Positions 7,882 to 17,784 of a DNA stretch of 64,000 bases are shown here, in pieces; within the stretch, counting starts at the first letter, position 1, and each line of letters starts with the position of its first letter. The notes below the pieces were generated by a model that was not told the DNA's origin, searched no databases, and saw nothing but the letters and a program-made list of their open reading frames with translations. The DNA comes from an uncultured Clostridia bacterium (GTDB lineage: Bacteria > Bacillota > Clostridia > Christensenellales > Borkfalkiaceae). The stretch is from NCBI GenBank assembly GCA_944372525.1, contig CALVZL010000005.1, positions 4,200 through 68,199 of the forward strand, given 5' to 3'. Made by a program: the position numbers and the translations under genes.

Positions 7882-9873
7882 TTATTTCCGGTTCGCAAAT
7901 CCCTGACGGAAGGCTTCTACCGTCGCCGCAAGATCTTCATAGCCGCCGTTCGGATCGATAAAGCGCAGACGGTTGGACACCTTTCCGCCGATCGAATCGT
8001 TGCAGTTAAACCACACGGCACCGACGATCTGGCTGACCCAGGCGGGTTTTTCCTCTGCGTTGAACAGGGTGAACATATCTGCAACCCATTTCGCCTGCAC
8101 TGCGCCGTTACGTCCCAACACCCCGGAATAATCGCCGCCCGAACCGCACGCAAATTCCGAAATAATGAGCTTCCACTGCGAGAACGCCTCTTCGTTCTTC
8201 TCATACAGCGAACTGTAATGCGATTCGAACGAGACGACGGAAGTCGCCGCCGCAGCAGCATCGTAGTTGTTCATTTCATAACTCGTTCCGCCAAGCAGCT
8301 GCACATAATCCTTTCCGGGGAAGAAACACAGATCCTCTCCCCAGGAGGAATAAGGGCAGGATGTCGCGATCGGATTCCAAATCCAGATTGCGTTGTCCAC
8401 TCCCTCTTCTTCGAAAATGTTGTAAAGCCTCTGCCAAGTCATGATGAAGATATCGGGATCGAGCAGCGTCATCATGCCGCTGTAGCTCGTCCAGTCGGTA
8501 TTCATCTCATTGTTGAGACGGAACAAAACGGGTTTTTCGTAGTTCTTGATATCCCTCGCGAGGCGACGGAACTGTTCGTCGTACTTGCCTCGCAGGACCT
8601 CAAACATGGGCGTCGTCTCGGCGGAGACGATATTGTTGTTCAGCGTAAACTGATAGGTGAACTGCAGTACGGGTTTCCCGTTGAATCCGTCGCCGCCCGC
8701 GAGTTCTTCCGCCATTTTGGAGGGGAAATGATGCGCCGAATAGTTCTGATAATTTGTCCCGCTGCCGATGTGCGTATAGGTGGGATAGATGTCGAACTCA
8801 TATCCCCACGCATCCTCGATCGACGTCTGCATGAGACGGCTCTGTTCCAAAATGTACTGATAGTAGCTGTTCGTTTCCTCCAGTTGCTCTTCCAGTCCTG
8901 GCATCGACCAACTGAACACGCCCCAATTCACTGTCTTGGATGAAGTAAGCAATTCATAATACTTCTTGGTCGACTCGTTCCAGTTTTCGTTGATCGTCGG
9001 CTCGCCCGCATCGAAATAGTTGCGCTGCAGTCCCTTGGCACTCAGGCGGGCAAAACTCTGTACGATCGCGTCCATTTCCTCGGAACGGTCGGATTTGGAC
9101 TTCATGACGAACAGCGCAAACGTCTTGACGTCGTTCGCTTCGCGGATGACGGCAATGTTGTAATAGGGACGCTCGATCACGTTGTCCTCATCCTCGATCC
9201 GAATGGCGAAGGTGTATACGTCATACCCCGGTTTTACCGTGAGATTGCCGTGCGAGCTGGTCACGGTGAAATCGAAATCCAGTTCTTTGAGAAGCGTCAG
9301 ATTGTTGTTCGCATAATAGTCCTCATTGATGAGATGACACATGAGCCATTCGCTCCCATAGGTGTACCAGGGATCGGCGAGCGAGGTATAGGGATTGCTC
9401 GACTCGGAACTCACCGTAAGAATCACGTCGTCGTACGCATACTGCGTGCGGTACTTGGCAATGGTATAATCCACGTCGATCTCGGTCGCGGGAAGCGTAA
9501 ACGCCATGCCTGCGGAGACATTGACCATGCGAGCCCCCGTCTCATTATAGAGCTCTAATTTAATATCCTGTCGGGTGGTATAGTTCGTAAACTCTTTCTG
9601 GTAGCTTCCGTTGACAAAATATCTCCCTCCCGTGATATCGTCTGCGGAAGAGAAGCCGTTCGCTCCGTCTGAAAGCTCGTTCTTCGTGTAGACGCCACCG
9701 TAAGCATATTCGATGGACGGACGGTCGGTGAGGACCTCGTCGGTCACCCCAGAAGGCTGATCGGGATCGTCCGGCGTATCATCCTGAGGATCTTTGCAGC
9801 CTCCGAGATAACAGGAGCTCAACATCATCACACCCAACATGATTGCAACCATTTTTTTCATTCTTTCCTCCAA
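7882..9873 (-). CDS. secreted lipoprotein with a C-terminal GH26-like glycoside hydrolase domain
   Basis: Lipobox MLSSCYLGGC. The C-terminal half has LFRLNNEMNTDW, AIWIWNP, FFPGKDYVQLLGGTSY and ISEFACG, which resemble GH26 signature blocks. The N-terminal ~400 aa are unassigned. Confidence 0.55.
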   Translation of the reverse strand: MEERMKKMVAIMLGVMMLSSCYLGGCKDPQDDTPDDPDQPSGVTDEVLTDRPSIEYAYGGVYTKNELSDGANGFSSADDITGGRYFVNGSYQKEFTNYTTRQDIKLELYNETGARMVNVSAGMAFTLPATEIDVDYTIAKYRTQYAYDDVILTVSSESSNPYTSLADPWYTYGSEWLMCHLINEDYYANNNLTLLKELDFDFTVTSSHGNLTVKPGYDVYTFAIRIEDEDNVIERPYYNIAVIREANDVKTFALFVMKSKSDRSEEMDAIVQSFARLSAKGLQRNYFDAGEPTINENWNESTKKYYELLTSSKTVNWGVFSWSMPGLEEQLEETNSYYQYILEQSRLMQTSIEDAWGYEFDIYPTYTHIGSGTNYQNYSAHHFPSKMAEELAGGDGFNGKPVLQFTYQFTLNNNIVSAETTPMFEVLRGKYDEQFRRLARDIKNYEKPVLFRLNNEMNTDWTSYSGMMTLLDPDIFIMTWQRLYNIFEEEGVDNAIWIWNPIATSCPYSSWGEDLCFFPGKDYVQLLGGTSYEMNNYDAAAAATSVVSFESHYSSLYEKNEEAFSQWKLIISEFACGSGGDYSGVLGRNGAVQAKWVADMFTLFNAEEKPAWVSQIVGAVWFNCNDSIGGKVSNRLRFIDPNGGYEDLAATVEAFRQGFANRK

Positions 9874-9910
9874 AATAGAATATTACGTTTCGCCGCAAAA
9901 GGCGTATTCG

Positions 9911-11683
9911 TCACTGCAAAGAAACCGTAAACAGCGTGCTGTACAGTCCGTAGGTCCCGTTCCCCGTATCCTGCTCCGCATAGAGCAGCAGCTGCACCGT
10001 TCCGTCTCCCCTTCCCACTTCAATTATTTTGCATTCACGCTGCACCTGCCAGCCACAGTAGGTCGTACAAGAGACGTTGACCGATCCCGCAGCGATCGTC
10101 GCTTCCTCGATCGAAGCGGGCGCAGAGATCTCTTTGACAAACATTGCGCACTCCTCTGCGGCGTCTGTCGTGGCAATATTTGCCTTGGAGAAGAAGTGCG
10201 ACGGGTCGGAAAAAGTCCAGGTATTCTGCACATAGCCCCGCGCAAGATACGCCTGTGCCATTGTATTCGTCGAGTTTTCGTACGTCTCGTCCAATACGAT
10301 GTTATATTTTCGCAAAAAGGCGATCTTGGAGGCAATGTTCGTCATTCCCGTCCAGCCTCCTCCCCAGCCGGACTGTCCGTTTTCGCTCTCCTTTCCGGAC
10401 GTCGCCCCGCCGAGGAACCCCACGGGGATTTCCGGCATATATTCGCGCATGCCCTCCGCATAAGGGGCATAGAAGGTAATCGCAAACCAATGGCCTTCAA
10501 ATTCCGGATGCCGCTCCATTACTTCCTTGATGCGTTGGATGGCGCCAAGCTCGTCGACCGCCTTTGACGAACCGCCGTCGAGTTTGAGTTCGAGAATCAG
10601 AATGACATCTGTTTTGGACAGCACTTCGATCACTTCGTCGAGCGTAGGATACGTCTCCTCGTATTTCCTGCTGTAGTCTTCCAAAAAGAGCGTTCTCAGC
10701 CGCTCCAGAGGAACGGAAGCAAAATACCAACCCGAAATATTTGCAGTCCCGTTGGTTTGTGAATTGTGGCAGAGTACGATCTCGCCGTCTGCCGTGACTT
10801 GCACGTCGATCTCCACGTGCGTCGCTCCCTCGTTTGCGGAAGCAGCGACTGCCGTGAGCGAATTTTCGTTGGCATATGCCGTGATGCCGCGATGCGCCGC
10901 CACGTGCTGTGCCCGCGCAAAGCCGTTCTCCGTAAATACCGAAAGCGACTCACGAAGCACAGAGGCATCGGCAGAGACAATCCCGTAGCAACCTGCCGCG
11001 ACCGCCGCGATCCCCTCCGTTCTGTTTTCGGCATACGCCCAACAGGACTTCGCCATGGCAGAGACATAATCCGACGCAACCGCAATGTTGGGATCTGCCG
11101 CATCGAACATCAGGACATTGCAACCCGCCGCGTTTGCCTCCCCGATATATTCCCAGAGGTCATAGCGATCGGAGGGAATCGTCTGTTCCGTCAGATCGTA
11201 TATCGTATTCACGAGATAACAGACTTCATCGGAATAGAGAGTCTCGAGCACACCGATCTCCGAGGAAAGGACCATGATATCTGTGATCGTATAGGTCTCT
11301 TTCATCCATTGCACGAAGGGCTGTACCGTCGCGGCGCTCAAGCGCAGCACAGGGATAAACTTCCCCTTCAAAAAAGAATCGAATGCCGACGCAAGCGTCA
11401 TGGTGCTTTCCCCGAGCGTCACGTTCATGTCCTCGTCCGGAGTAAGCACGAGAGAGGCCGGACGCGGGCTCTGCAGATAATTCTGCGTAATCTCCGAAAA
11501 CGCCGTCGCTTCATAGACCAAAGTCGGCTCAAGCTGCAGTCCGCTGCTCCCCGCAGACACAGACGGATAATTGGTATAACTGCTGATCGCACTTGCCTGA
11601 TAAACGGTGCTGCCGCCGAATGCAAACACTGCGGTCAGCGCCGCGGCAAGGAGCACAAACATCTTTTTCGACATCTCCGTCAC
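9911..11683 (-). CDS. secreted glycerophosphodiester phosphodiesterase (GDPD) domain protein
   Basis: Signal peptide MFVLLAAALTAVFAFGG. GDPD motifs AAHRGITAYANENSL and HVEIDVQVTADGEIVLCHN lie in the central region. The N-terminal ~250 aa and the C-terminal beta-rich tail are unassigned. Confidence 0.8.
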   Translation of the reverse strand: MTEMSKKMFVLLAAALTAVFAFGGSTVYQASAISSYTNYPSVSAGSSGLQLEPTLVYEATAFSEITQNYLQSPRPASLVLTPDEDMNVTLGESTMTLASAFDSFLKGKFIPVLRLSAATVQPFVQWMKETYTITDIMVLSSEIGVLETLYSDEVCYLVNTIYDLTEQTIPSDRYDLWEYIGEANAAGCNVLMFDAADPNIAVASDYVSAMAKSCWAYAENRTEGIAAVAAGCYGIVSADASVLRESLSVFTENGFARAQHVAAHRGITAYANENSLTAVAASANEGATHVEIDVQVTADGEIVLCHNSQTNGTANISGWYFASVPLERLRTLFLEDYSRKYEETYPTLDEVIEVLSKTDVILILELKLDGGSSKAVDELGAIQRIKEVMERHPEFEGHWFAITFYAPYAEGMREYMPEIPVGFLGGATSGKESENGQSGWGGGWTGMTNIASKIAFLRKYNIVLDETYENSTNTMAQAYLARGYVQNTWTFSDPSHFFSKANIATTDAAEECAMFVKEISAPASIEEATIAAGSVNVSCTTYCGWQVQRECKIIEVGRGDGTVQLLLYAEQDTGNGTYGLYSTLFTVSLQ

Positions 11684-11689
11684 CTCCCC

Positions 11690-12274
11690 TCAAATCCCGA
11701 CGATCAGCGTAAAGGAGCACTGCTCGCCGCCGTATGTCACCGTGATCGTGCATTCTCCGCGCGAGACCGCCGTAACAACTGCGATCATCCCCTGGTATTC
11801 CACGGTGCCGATCGAGACATCGGAACTCTCCCACACCGCTTCCCCGGAGAGCGTGCCCTCCGCATATGCCCGAACTCTTGCGCTCTCATTGCGCCGAAGC
11901 ACGAGTTTTCCGGTCGGCAATCCCACGGTAAGCAGAGGTTCCGGAGCAGGAGTCACCGTTAGGGCATATTCTTGACGGTAGGTCTTTCCGTTCTGGGTGA
12001 ACTCGGCATAGACGACCGTCTCTCCCGCCGCGACCGCGATGACCGTCGCACTCTCCTGAGCGGGTTCGACCGTGACGATTCCATCCGGTTCCGCACCCCA
12101 TATCAGCTCTCCCGTTCTGCCCTCCGTGACCGCAACGATCTCAACGCTCTCGCCGACGACCAGTTCGTGCTGAAGGCCGGATAATTCGATCGAGACCGTT
12201 TCTCCGCAGGCGGAAAGCCCGAGCATCATCGCCGCCGCACAGCCGAACAGAACCGCTTTTCTCAAAACTTTCAT
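11690..12274 (-). CDS. lipoprotein with two bacterial Ig-like (Big_2-type) domains
   Basis: Lipobox LGLSAC. Two roughly 85-aa segments each have a Big_2-like pattern (LVVGESVEIVAV..., VTVEP...ATVIAVAAGETVVYAEF, and a second copy ending GECTITVTYGG). Confidence 0.65.
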   Translation of the reverse strand: MKVLRKAVLFGCAAAMMLGLSACGETVSIELSGLQHELVVGESVEIVAVTEGRTGELIWGAEPDGIVTVEPAQESATVIAVAAGETVVYAEFTQNGKTYRQEYALTVTPAPEPLLTVGLPTGKLVLRRNESARVRAYAEGTLSGEAVWESSDVSIGTVEYQGMIAVVTAVSRGECTITVTYGGEQCSFTLIVGI

Positions 12275-12280
12275 ATCTGT

Positions 12281-14263
12281 TTACCTCTCTTCCGTTCCCG
12301 CCTCCGCATGCATCACACGGAAAGAAATTCCGGAACGGTTATATTCTGCACGGTGGGAGGTTCTGTCCCACCGCAGGAGGATCTCGTTTCCGAGATCGTC
12401 CTCAAACAAATCGCTTCCCTCTCCGCTCACGAGAAATGTCAGCTCCCGATACCCAGCAAGATCGTTCCCCACATCCGAACACAGCTCTCCTCCGGATAAA
12501 TTGAGGGGAACGCAGCAATTCTCGCGCAAGTAGACGGGAAGATGTTCCCGCGTAAGCGGGACTTCATAAATTCCCCCGCTCAACCGCTTTCCGTCGTACA
12601 GGCCGAACCAGTTCCCTTCGGGCAGACGCACCGTCCGCGAAGGACGATAATCCTGTAACACGGGCGCAATCAGCAGCGCGTCGCCGAGCATGAATTCATC
12701 GTCTGTCCGATACGTCCACTCCTCCCCGGGAAATTCCAACGCGAGATGCCGCAGGGCGGGGATGCCCGTCTCGGAAGCCCGTTTCATCAAAAGATAATGA
12801 TAGGGAAGCAGATTATAGTGCAGAAAGAACTGACGGCGAAGCAGCGAAAGCAGATCGCCTTCCCTGCCCCCTTTCAGGTATGCCGCCATATTCCAGGGAC
12901 TTCTGTCGTTTCGCTTCCATGCCCCCGTAAAATCGCAGCGCCCGTTGGAGACAGGATCGCTGTGCCACTGCATCACGGGGACAAACGCAGCCGCCTGGAC
13001 CGCGCGCAGATACAGTTCCTCGCTGGGAAGATATCCGGAAAATCCCGCGATATCAAATCCCCAACAGCATACTCCGGACAACCCCGCCGAAAGTCCCGCC
13101 TTCAGCACGGAGGAAAACTCAGACCAAGTGGATTCCTGATCCCCCGCCCAGATCACGGAAAAACAAGGAGACCTCTGTCCGCCCGCGCGGGAAAAGACGA
13201 TGCCCCGCTCGCCCGCCAGCTCGGAAAACGCTTCGCTGTACTGCTCGCAGTAGGCGTTCTGCCCTTCGATGCCCGTCGTCCCGTCGGCAAAGCGCACCGT
13301 CTTCTCGTGCACAAATTCGCCGCCGTCCGTCTTGAATCCGTCCGCCCCGATCGTCATGAGGTAGGAGAACCTGTCAAGATACCGCGCCTTTGCCTCCGGA
13401 TTCGTAAAATCGGGAATCATGCTGCCGATGCACCAGGTGTGCGGGATCAGATAGGGAGTTCCGTCCGCGTTCGCCACACAGTCGCCTTGTGCTTTCGCGT
13501 ACTCGTTGTCTGAAAGGCACTGCGCTACGTTGCAGTCTGTCTCCAAATCGTTGCCCTGCGCATAGATGGGGACAAGCCAGAGCAAAAGTTTCATATTTTC
13601 GCCGTGGATCTTTTCGATCAGCGCCCGCGGATCCCGCCATTGCTCCGATCGGGAAAAATCCAGCTCTTCATAGGAGACCGTTTCGTCTCCTGCTTTGAAA
13701 GGACAGGAACATCCGTTCCAAAGATAGCGGGTCGTAAGATCGCTCCACGGTTCGAGGACAAAGACGCTGTGCGGAAATCCGTATTTTTGGTTCAGCGCAA
13801 GCTGTTCTTCGGCATCCGCCTGCGTTCTCCATCGGTTGGCGCTCATCCAAGCGCCGAGCACCCATTTCGGAAACAGACGGGGCATTCCGACTTTTTTCCG
13901 GAACTGTGTGAGGATTTCTTTCGGCGTCCCCTCAAAGAGATATACCTCTGCCTGCTCCCCTCTGCTTCCTTCCCAAAACGAGATGACGATCTCCCCTTCG
14001 CGGGTGAAATCAAAATCCGTTTCGACATAGGTGTCCACGTAGACGCCGAATCCGTCCGGGGTGAGGAAAAAGGGCATGGAGAGGTAGGTATATTCCCCCT
14101 GAGCAAAGCACTTTTCCCTGACACAGGCGCGTACAAATTTCCCCTTCTGATCGACGCTGTCAAACTTCTCGCCGAACCCGAAAGCGGCGCGGTAGTCCCG
14201 CCGCAACGTCAGGGAAAACCCCTCTCGCGTCTTTATGATTTCATTTATTTTGATTGTTTTCAT
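12281..14263 (-). CDS. GH31-family glycoside hydrolase (alpha-glucosidase/alpha-xylosidase-like), cytoplasmic
   Basis: GADGFKTDGGEF (nucleophile region), VIWAGDQESTW and GFDIAGFSG. The in-frame ATG at 14263 (MKTIKINE) overlaps the upstream gene's end by 23 nt. The track start at 14305 is a TTG. Confidence 0.8.
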   Translation of the reverse strand: MKTIKINEIIKTREGFSLTLRRDYRAAFGFGEKFDSVDQKGKFVRACVREKCFAQGEYTYLSMPFFLTPDGFGVYVDTYVETDFDFTREGEIVISFWEGSRGEQAEVYLFEGTPKEILTQFRKKVGMPRLFPKWVLGAWMSANRWRTQADAEEQLALNQKYGFPHSVFVLEPWSDLTTRYLWNGCSCPFKAGDETVSYEELDFSRSEQWRDPRALIEKIHGENMKLLLWLVPIYAQGNDLETDCNVAQCLSDNEYAKAQGDCVANADGTPYLIPHTWCIGSMIPDFTNPEAKARYLDRFSYLMTIGADGFKTDGGEFVHEKTVRFADGTTGIEGQNAYCEQYSEAFSELAGERGIVFSRAGGQRSPCFSVIWAGDQESTWSEFSSVLKAGLSAGLSGVCCWGFDIAGFSGYLPSEELYLRAVQAAAFVPVMQWHSDPVSNGRCDFTGAWKRNDRSPWNMAAYLKGGREGDLLSLLRRQFFLHYNLLPYHYLLMKRASETGIPALRHLALEFPGEEWTYRTDDEFMLGDALLIAPVLQDYRPSRTVRLPEGNWFGLYDGKRLSGGIYEVPLTREHLPVYLRENCCVPLNLSGGELCSDVGNDLAGYRELTFLVSGEGSDLFEDDLGNEILLRWDRTSHRAEYNRSGISFRVMHAEAGTEER

Positions 14264-15776
14264 ACAGTCCGTTTTCGTTCGTTTTGAGTATAAAATCCAT
14301 CTCAAATGTGCGATTCCAGGGCGCGCTCACGTCGATGTCGTCGACGCAGGCGGCTAGCTCCGGATAGTTTTCCCGCATATAGCGAAGCAGCTCCGTCTTC
14401 GCCGCGGCAACGCACTTTCCCCGCTCCCCGTCCAGTTCGAATACCGTGCAGCCGTTTTCGGGGACGGCGTGCTCGTCGATCCATGTCCTGGAATGCGAGC
14501 AATATCCGACATCGTCGTAATAGCGATGCAGGAGAAAATCACGGTTGCCCCGTTCATCCCCGCCCGCAAGATAGAGACAGCTCTCGCAGATGACCGTCCC
14601 GAGGGTATTGCTCGAAGTATTCCAACCCGCATAGGCGTGAATCTTCAGCAAAAGCCCCCGTTTTTGCAGCAGTCGGATCAGCTCGAGATCACTCGACGAA
14701 GGGTAGGCGATATCTGCGACCGCCACTTTCTTCCCTGCCGCCAGCGCATACTCGATCCGGTCGAGATACTCGGGCAGATTGCGTTCGATGTGATAGGGAA
14801 CCTCCCGCTGTTCCTCCGTCGCCCCGTACGGCATCTCGGAACCGACGTTTACGGCAAGAAAAATATCGCATTCGGGCAGACTGTACACCCGTACGCACCC
14901 CGCGGCGCGGATCTGGTTTTTGATCGTCGCGTCCACGGAGCGATCTTCGAATGCGGGAACGACGAACGGTCCCTTTGCGGATGCGTATCCCGCAAAGATC
15001 TTCGGTTTCACGCCCAGCCGCTCGTTGACCGCACGGCACAAAAGCGTCATGCCTACATCGTCTGCGGCGGGATACACGGGGATCTCCGACTGCAGCGCGT
15101 AGTTTCCGATCACCGCACGTACTTCTCGTTGATCCATCGAGGTAAACCCATAGGGCGCGCTGTCGTCCTGCGCCACCAGGAACCCGTCGAATATCCCTTC
15201 CCGAAACAGCTCGATCGTATGCAGAAGTACGTTGAGATTGACGCGGCGGCGCGCCGTATAATCGGCAAGCGCCTGCGGCGGAATCTTTGCTCTGACCCGT
15301 TCGTCGTCCGCCCGTTCCGCCTCTGTCAGAATCCCGAGCGTTTCTTTGTGGCGATATCTTCCGAACAGGTGGATCTCTGCGCCGCATTCCGCATAGTAGT
15401 CCGGCTCCTCGTCACTGAGCGAATAAAAGGGGCAGCGCATGATCGTCTGAAACGCGTACAGCCGAAGCGCGGGGTTTTCCCGCCTGAGCGCACGGAGCAG
15501 GTCTGCCCGAGCACAAAGTGCCTCTTCCCTCTCTCCGTGCAGACGGGAGGGAATCAGGCCTCCGTAGAGCAGCGTATCCAATGCAATCACCGCGGCATCC
15601 GCCCCCTTTGACTCTTGCTTCAGCCAGGAGGCAACCGCCTGCAGATTTGCGGGGCGTTTTTTACGCCCCATGATCGACAGAGGAGGCAGGGACAAAGAAG
15701 CGCCCGCATTCGGCATCATGGCCGGAAACCGATAGTTGCAAGGCCGCTCATCGAGCGGAAGATAGACGATACGCAT
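14241..15776 (-). CDS. DUF4127-family protein (uncharacterised), paralogue 1
   Basis: 511 aa. N-terminal MRIVYLPLDERPCNY and C-terminal YAGWNTSSNTLGT match what I recall of DUF4127. It aligns along its whole length with the ORF at 31023-32543. Confidence 0.7.
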   Translation of the reverse strand: MRIVYLPLDERPCNYRFPAMMPNAGASLSLPPLSIMGRKKRPANLQAVASWLKQESKGADAAVIALDTLLYGGLIPSRLHGEREEALCARADLLRALRRENPALRLYAFQTIMRCPFYSLSDEEPDYYAECGAEIHLFGRYRHKETLGILTEAERADDERVRAKIPPQALADYTARRRVNLNVLLHTIELFREGIFDGFLVAQDDSAPYGFTSMDQREVRAVIGNYALQSEIPVYPAADDVGMTLLCRAVNERLGVKPKIFAGYASAKGPFVVPAFEDRSVDATIKNQIRAAGCVRVYSLPECDIFLAVNVGSEMPYGATEEQREVPYHIERNLPEYLDRIEYALAAGKKVAVADIAYPSSSDLELIRLLQKRGLLLKIHAYAGWNTSSNTLGTVICESCLYLAGGDERGNRDFLLHRYYDDVGYCSHSRTWIDEHAVPENGCTVFELDGERGKCVAAAKTELLRYMRENYPELAACVDDIDVSAPWNRTFEMDFILKTNENGLYENNQNK

Positions 15777-15779
15777 CGA

Positions 15780-16676
15780 TTATCCCTTCACCGATCCCAG
15801 CGTAAGACCGTTTTTGATGTATTTGATGACATAAGGGTAAATGCACAGAATGGGGATGATGCTCAGGAGCATGGCCGCCGCCTGAATGTTGTTGACCCCC
15901 GCGACGACCTGCGGATCGTTTTTGATAATCCGCAGACGATCGATAAGGAGGTAGATATAATAGGCAAGCGGATGCGCTTCCTTCGCGGAGGCAGTGATAA
16001 AGAGCATCGCCGAACCATAGCTGTTCCATGCCCCTACGATCGAGAAGAAACAGCAGCTTCCGAGCACGGGGAGAGACATGGGGATCACGATGAAGAAAAA
16101 CATCTGGATCTCGCTCGCTCCGTCCAGCCGCGCCGCCTCTTCGATATCCGAGGGGAGCCCCTCGAAGAAGGTCTTAAAGAAGAGCAGATTGCTCACATTG
16201 CTGATCGAAATCAGTATGATCGACCAGATTTTATTGAGCAGGTTAAACTGGTACATGAGCAGATAGATCGGAATGATTCCCGCGGAAAAGAGCATCGTGA
16301 TGATGAAATAGATCATGATCCCCCCGCGGAACGGGCAATCGGATTTGGAAAGCGGATATGCCGCCATTGCTTCGACCAAGTTGGAAACTACGGTGATGAC
16401 TACGGTGATGATGACGGAGTTGAGAAAGGATCGCCAGAAATACGATGCCTCGTCCCCCGCCAAAATGTACTCGAAGGCCCACATCGTCCATCCCTTCGGG
16501 AACAGGATGAGCTGAGAATTGAATGCGCTGTTGGAAAATGCCAGCGAAAAGAAATTCATCAGCGGAAATATGATGACAATGGTGAAGATCACGAGCAGAA
16601 CGACGTTCAGCACGGAGAGAACAACATCCAGCGTACTGCTTTTGATCTTATTCGGATTTTTTTTGATCAGACGCAT
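15780..16676 (-). CDS. carbohydrate ABC transporter permease (LplC-like)
   Basis: EAA loop EAARLDGASEIQMFFFIVIP and six hydrophobic segments. The likely start is MRLIKKNPNK at 16676. Confidence 0.85.
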   Translation of the reverse strand: MRLIKKNPNKIKSSTLDVVLSVLNVVLLVIFTIVIIFPLMNFFSLAFSNSAFNSQLILFPKGWTMWAFEYILAGDEASYFWRSFLNSVIITVVITVVSNLVEAMAAYPLSKSDCPFRGGIMIYFIITMLFSAGIIPIYLLMYQFNLLNKIWSIILISISNVSNLLFFKTFFEGLPSDIEEAARLDGASEIQMFFFIVIPMSLPVLGSCCFFSIVGAWNSYGSAMLFITASAKEAHPLAYYIYLLIDRLRIIKNDPQVVAGVNNIQAAAMLLSIIPILCIYPYVIKYIKNGLTLGSVKG

Positions 16677-16686
16677 ATTCCCCTCC

Positions 16687-17751
16687 TTACCACAGACTGC
16701 GGTGCAGTGTTTTGGTCGTGATCGCATTGCCAACCAGCATGAGGATCAGCGCGATCAGTCCGTTGAACACGCCGAGTGCGGTTGCAAACGGAATGTTCGT
16801 GCGGTTGACGACGGAGATCGTATACAGATACGTATCCAACGTGATCTGCGTCGTCTCGAAGTCTGCGTTAAGCTGCATCATCGTATAAATTTGCTCGAAT
16901 CCCGCCGCCATCATTCCGCTGATGTTGAGCACCAGCATGAGGGCGATCGTCGACATGATTGCGGGGATCGTGAGATACCACGTCTTCTGAAGCTTATTCG
17001 CGCCTTCCAGCGTCGCCGATTCGTAAAAGCTCTTATCGATCGCCATGATCGCGGCATAGAACATGATGGACCCCCAGCCGGCGCCCTTCCATGCCGAAAG
17101 AAAAATGACAAAGAATTTGAACCATTCATTCTTTCCCATGAGGAAATAATCGGCATCGATGAACCCAAGCCGCACAAACAGTTCGTTGAGCGCACCGCCC
17201 TGTGAGTCGAGGATTCCCGACCAAATACCGATTACGATCGCCCAGGAGAGGAAGTTCGGCAGACAGATGATGATGAGAATGGTTTTGCTGAGCGTCTGAT
17301 TTTTCAGATCGGCAAGCTGCACCGCAATGATGATGGAAAGCGGAAAGCAGATCAGAAGCTTGATGACGTTGATGAGCAGCGTATTGCCCACGGCGGCGTA
17401 AAAGCTGTTATCCACAAAGATATCGAGATAGTTGCGGAACGTCCATTCTCCCGAAAACAAGTTGCTCAAAACCGTTCCGTGAATGAGGTTGAAATCTGCC
17501 CCTTTGAAAGAAAAGAGCAACCCGAGCATGGGAATATAGGAGAATATCAACGTGAACATTGCCGCAGGAAGAATAAACCACAACACCTTGCGGTATTTTT
17601 TCACCCGCTTCATCTGCAGCTTCCAATATTTCGGTTCTACGTAGAGCGAGTCGGTCCTCTCCTGCTTTCGCGTCGCATTCTCTGCTTCGGCGCCGACGAG
17701 GGCAGTCCCCTCTTCCGCGGCGGACGCCTGCAAAATCTTATCTTCTTTCAT
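16687..17751 (-). CDS. carbohydrate ABC transporter permease (LplB-like)
   Basis: EAA loop ESATLEGANKLQKTWYLTIP. The start at 17751 is supported by an AAGGAGG RBS. It has an unusually long, roughly 45-aa hydrophilic N-terminal extension. Confidence 0.85.
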   Translation of the reverse strand: MKEDKILQASAAEEGTALVGAEAENATRKQERTDSLYVEPKYWKLQMKRVKKYRKVLWFILPAAMFTLIFSYIPMLGLLFSFKGADFNLIHGTVLSNLFSGEWTFRNYLDIFVDNSFYAAVGNTLLINVIKLLICFPLSIIIAVQLADLKNQTLSKTILIIICLPNFLSWAIVIGIWSGILDSQGGALNELFVRLGFIDADYFLMGKNEWFKFFVIFLSAWKGAGWGSIMFYAAIMAIDKSFYESATLEGANKLQKTWYLTIPAIMSTIALMLVLNISGMMAAGFEQIYTMMQLNADFETTQITLDTYLYTISVVNRTNIPFATALGVFNGLIALILMLVGNAITTKTLHRSLW

Positions 17752-17784
17752 CCTGTTCCTCCTTCCGATGCGGCTTCCGCCGAA

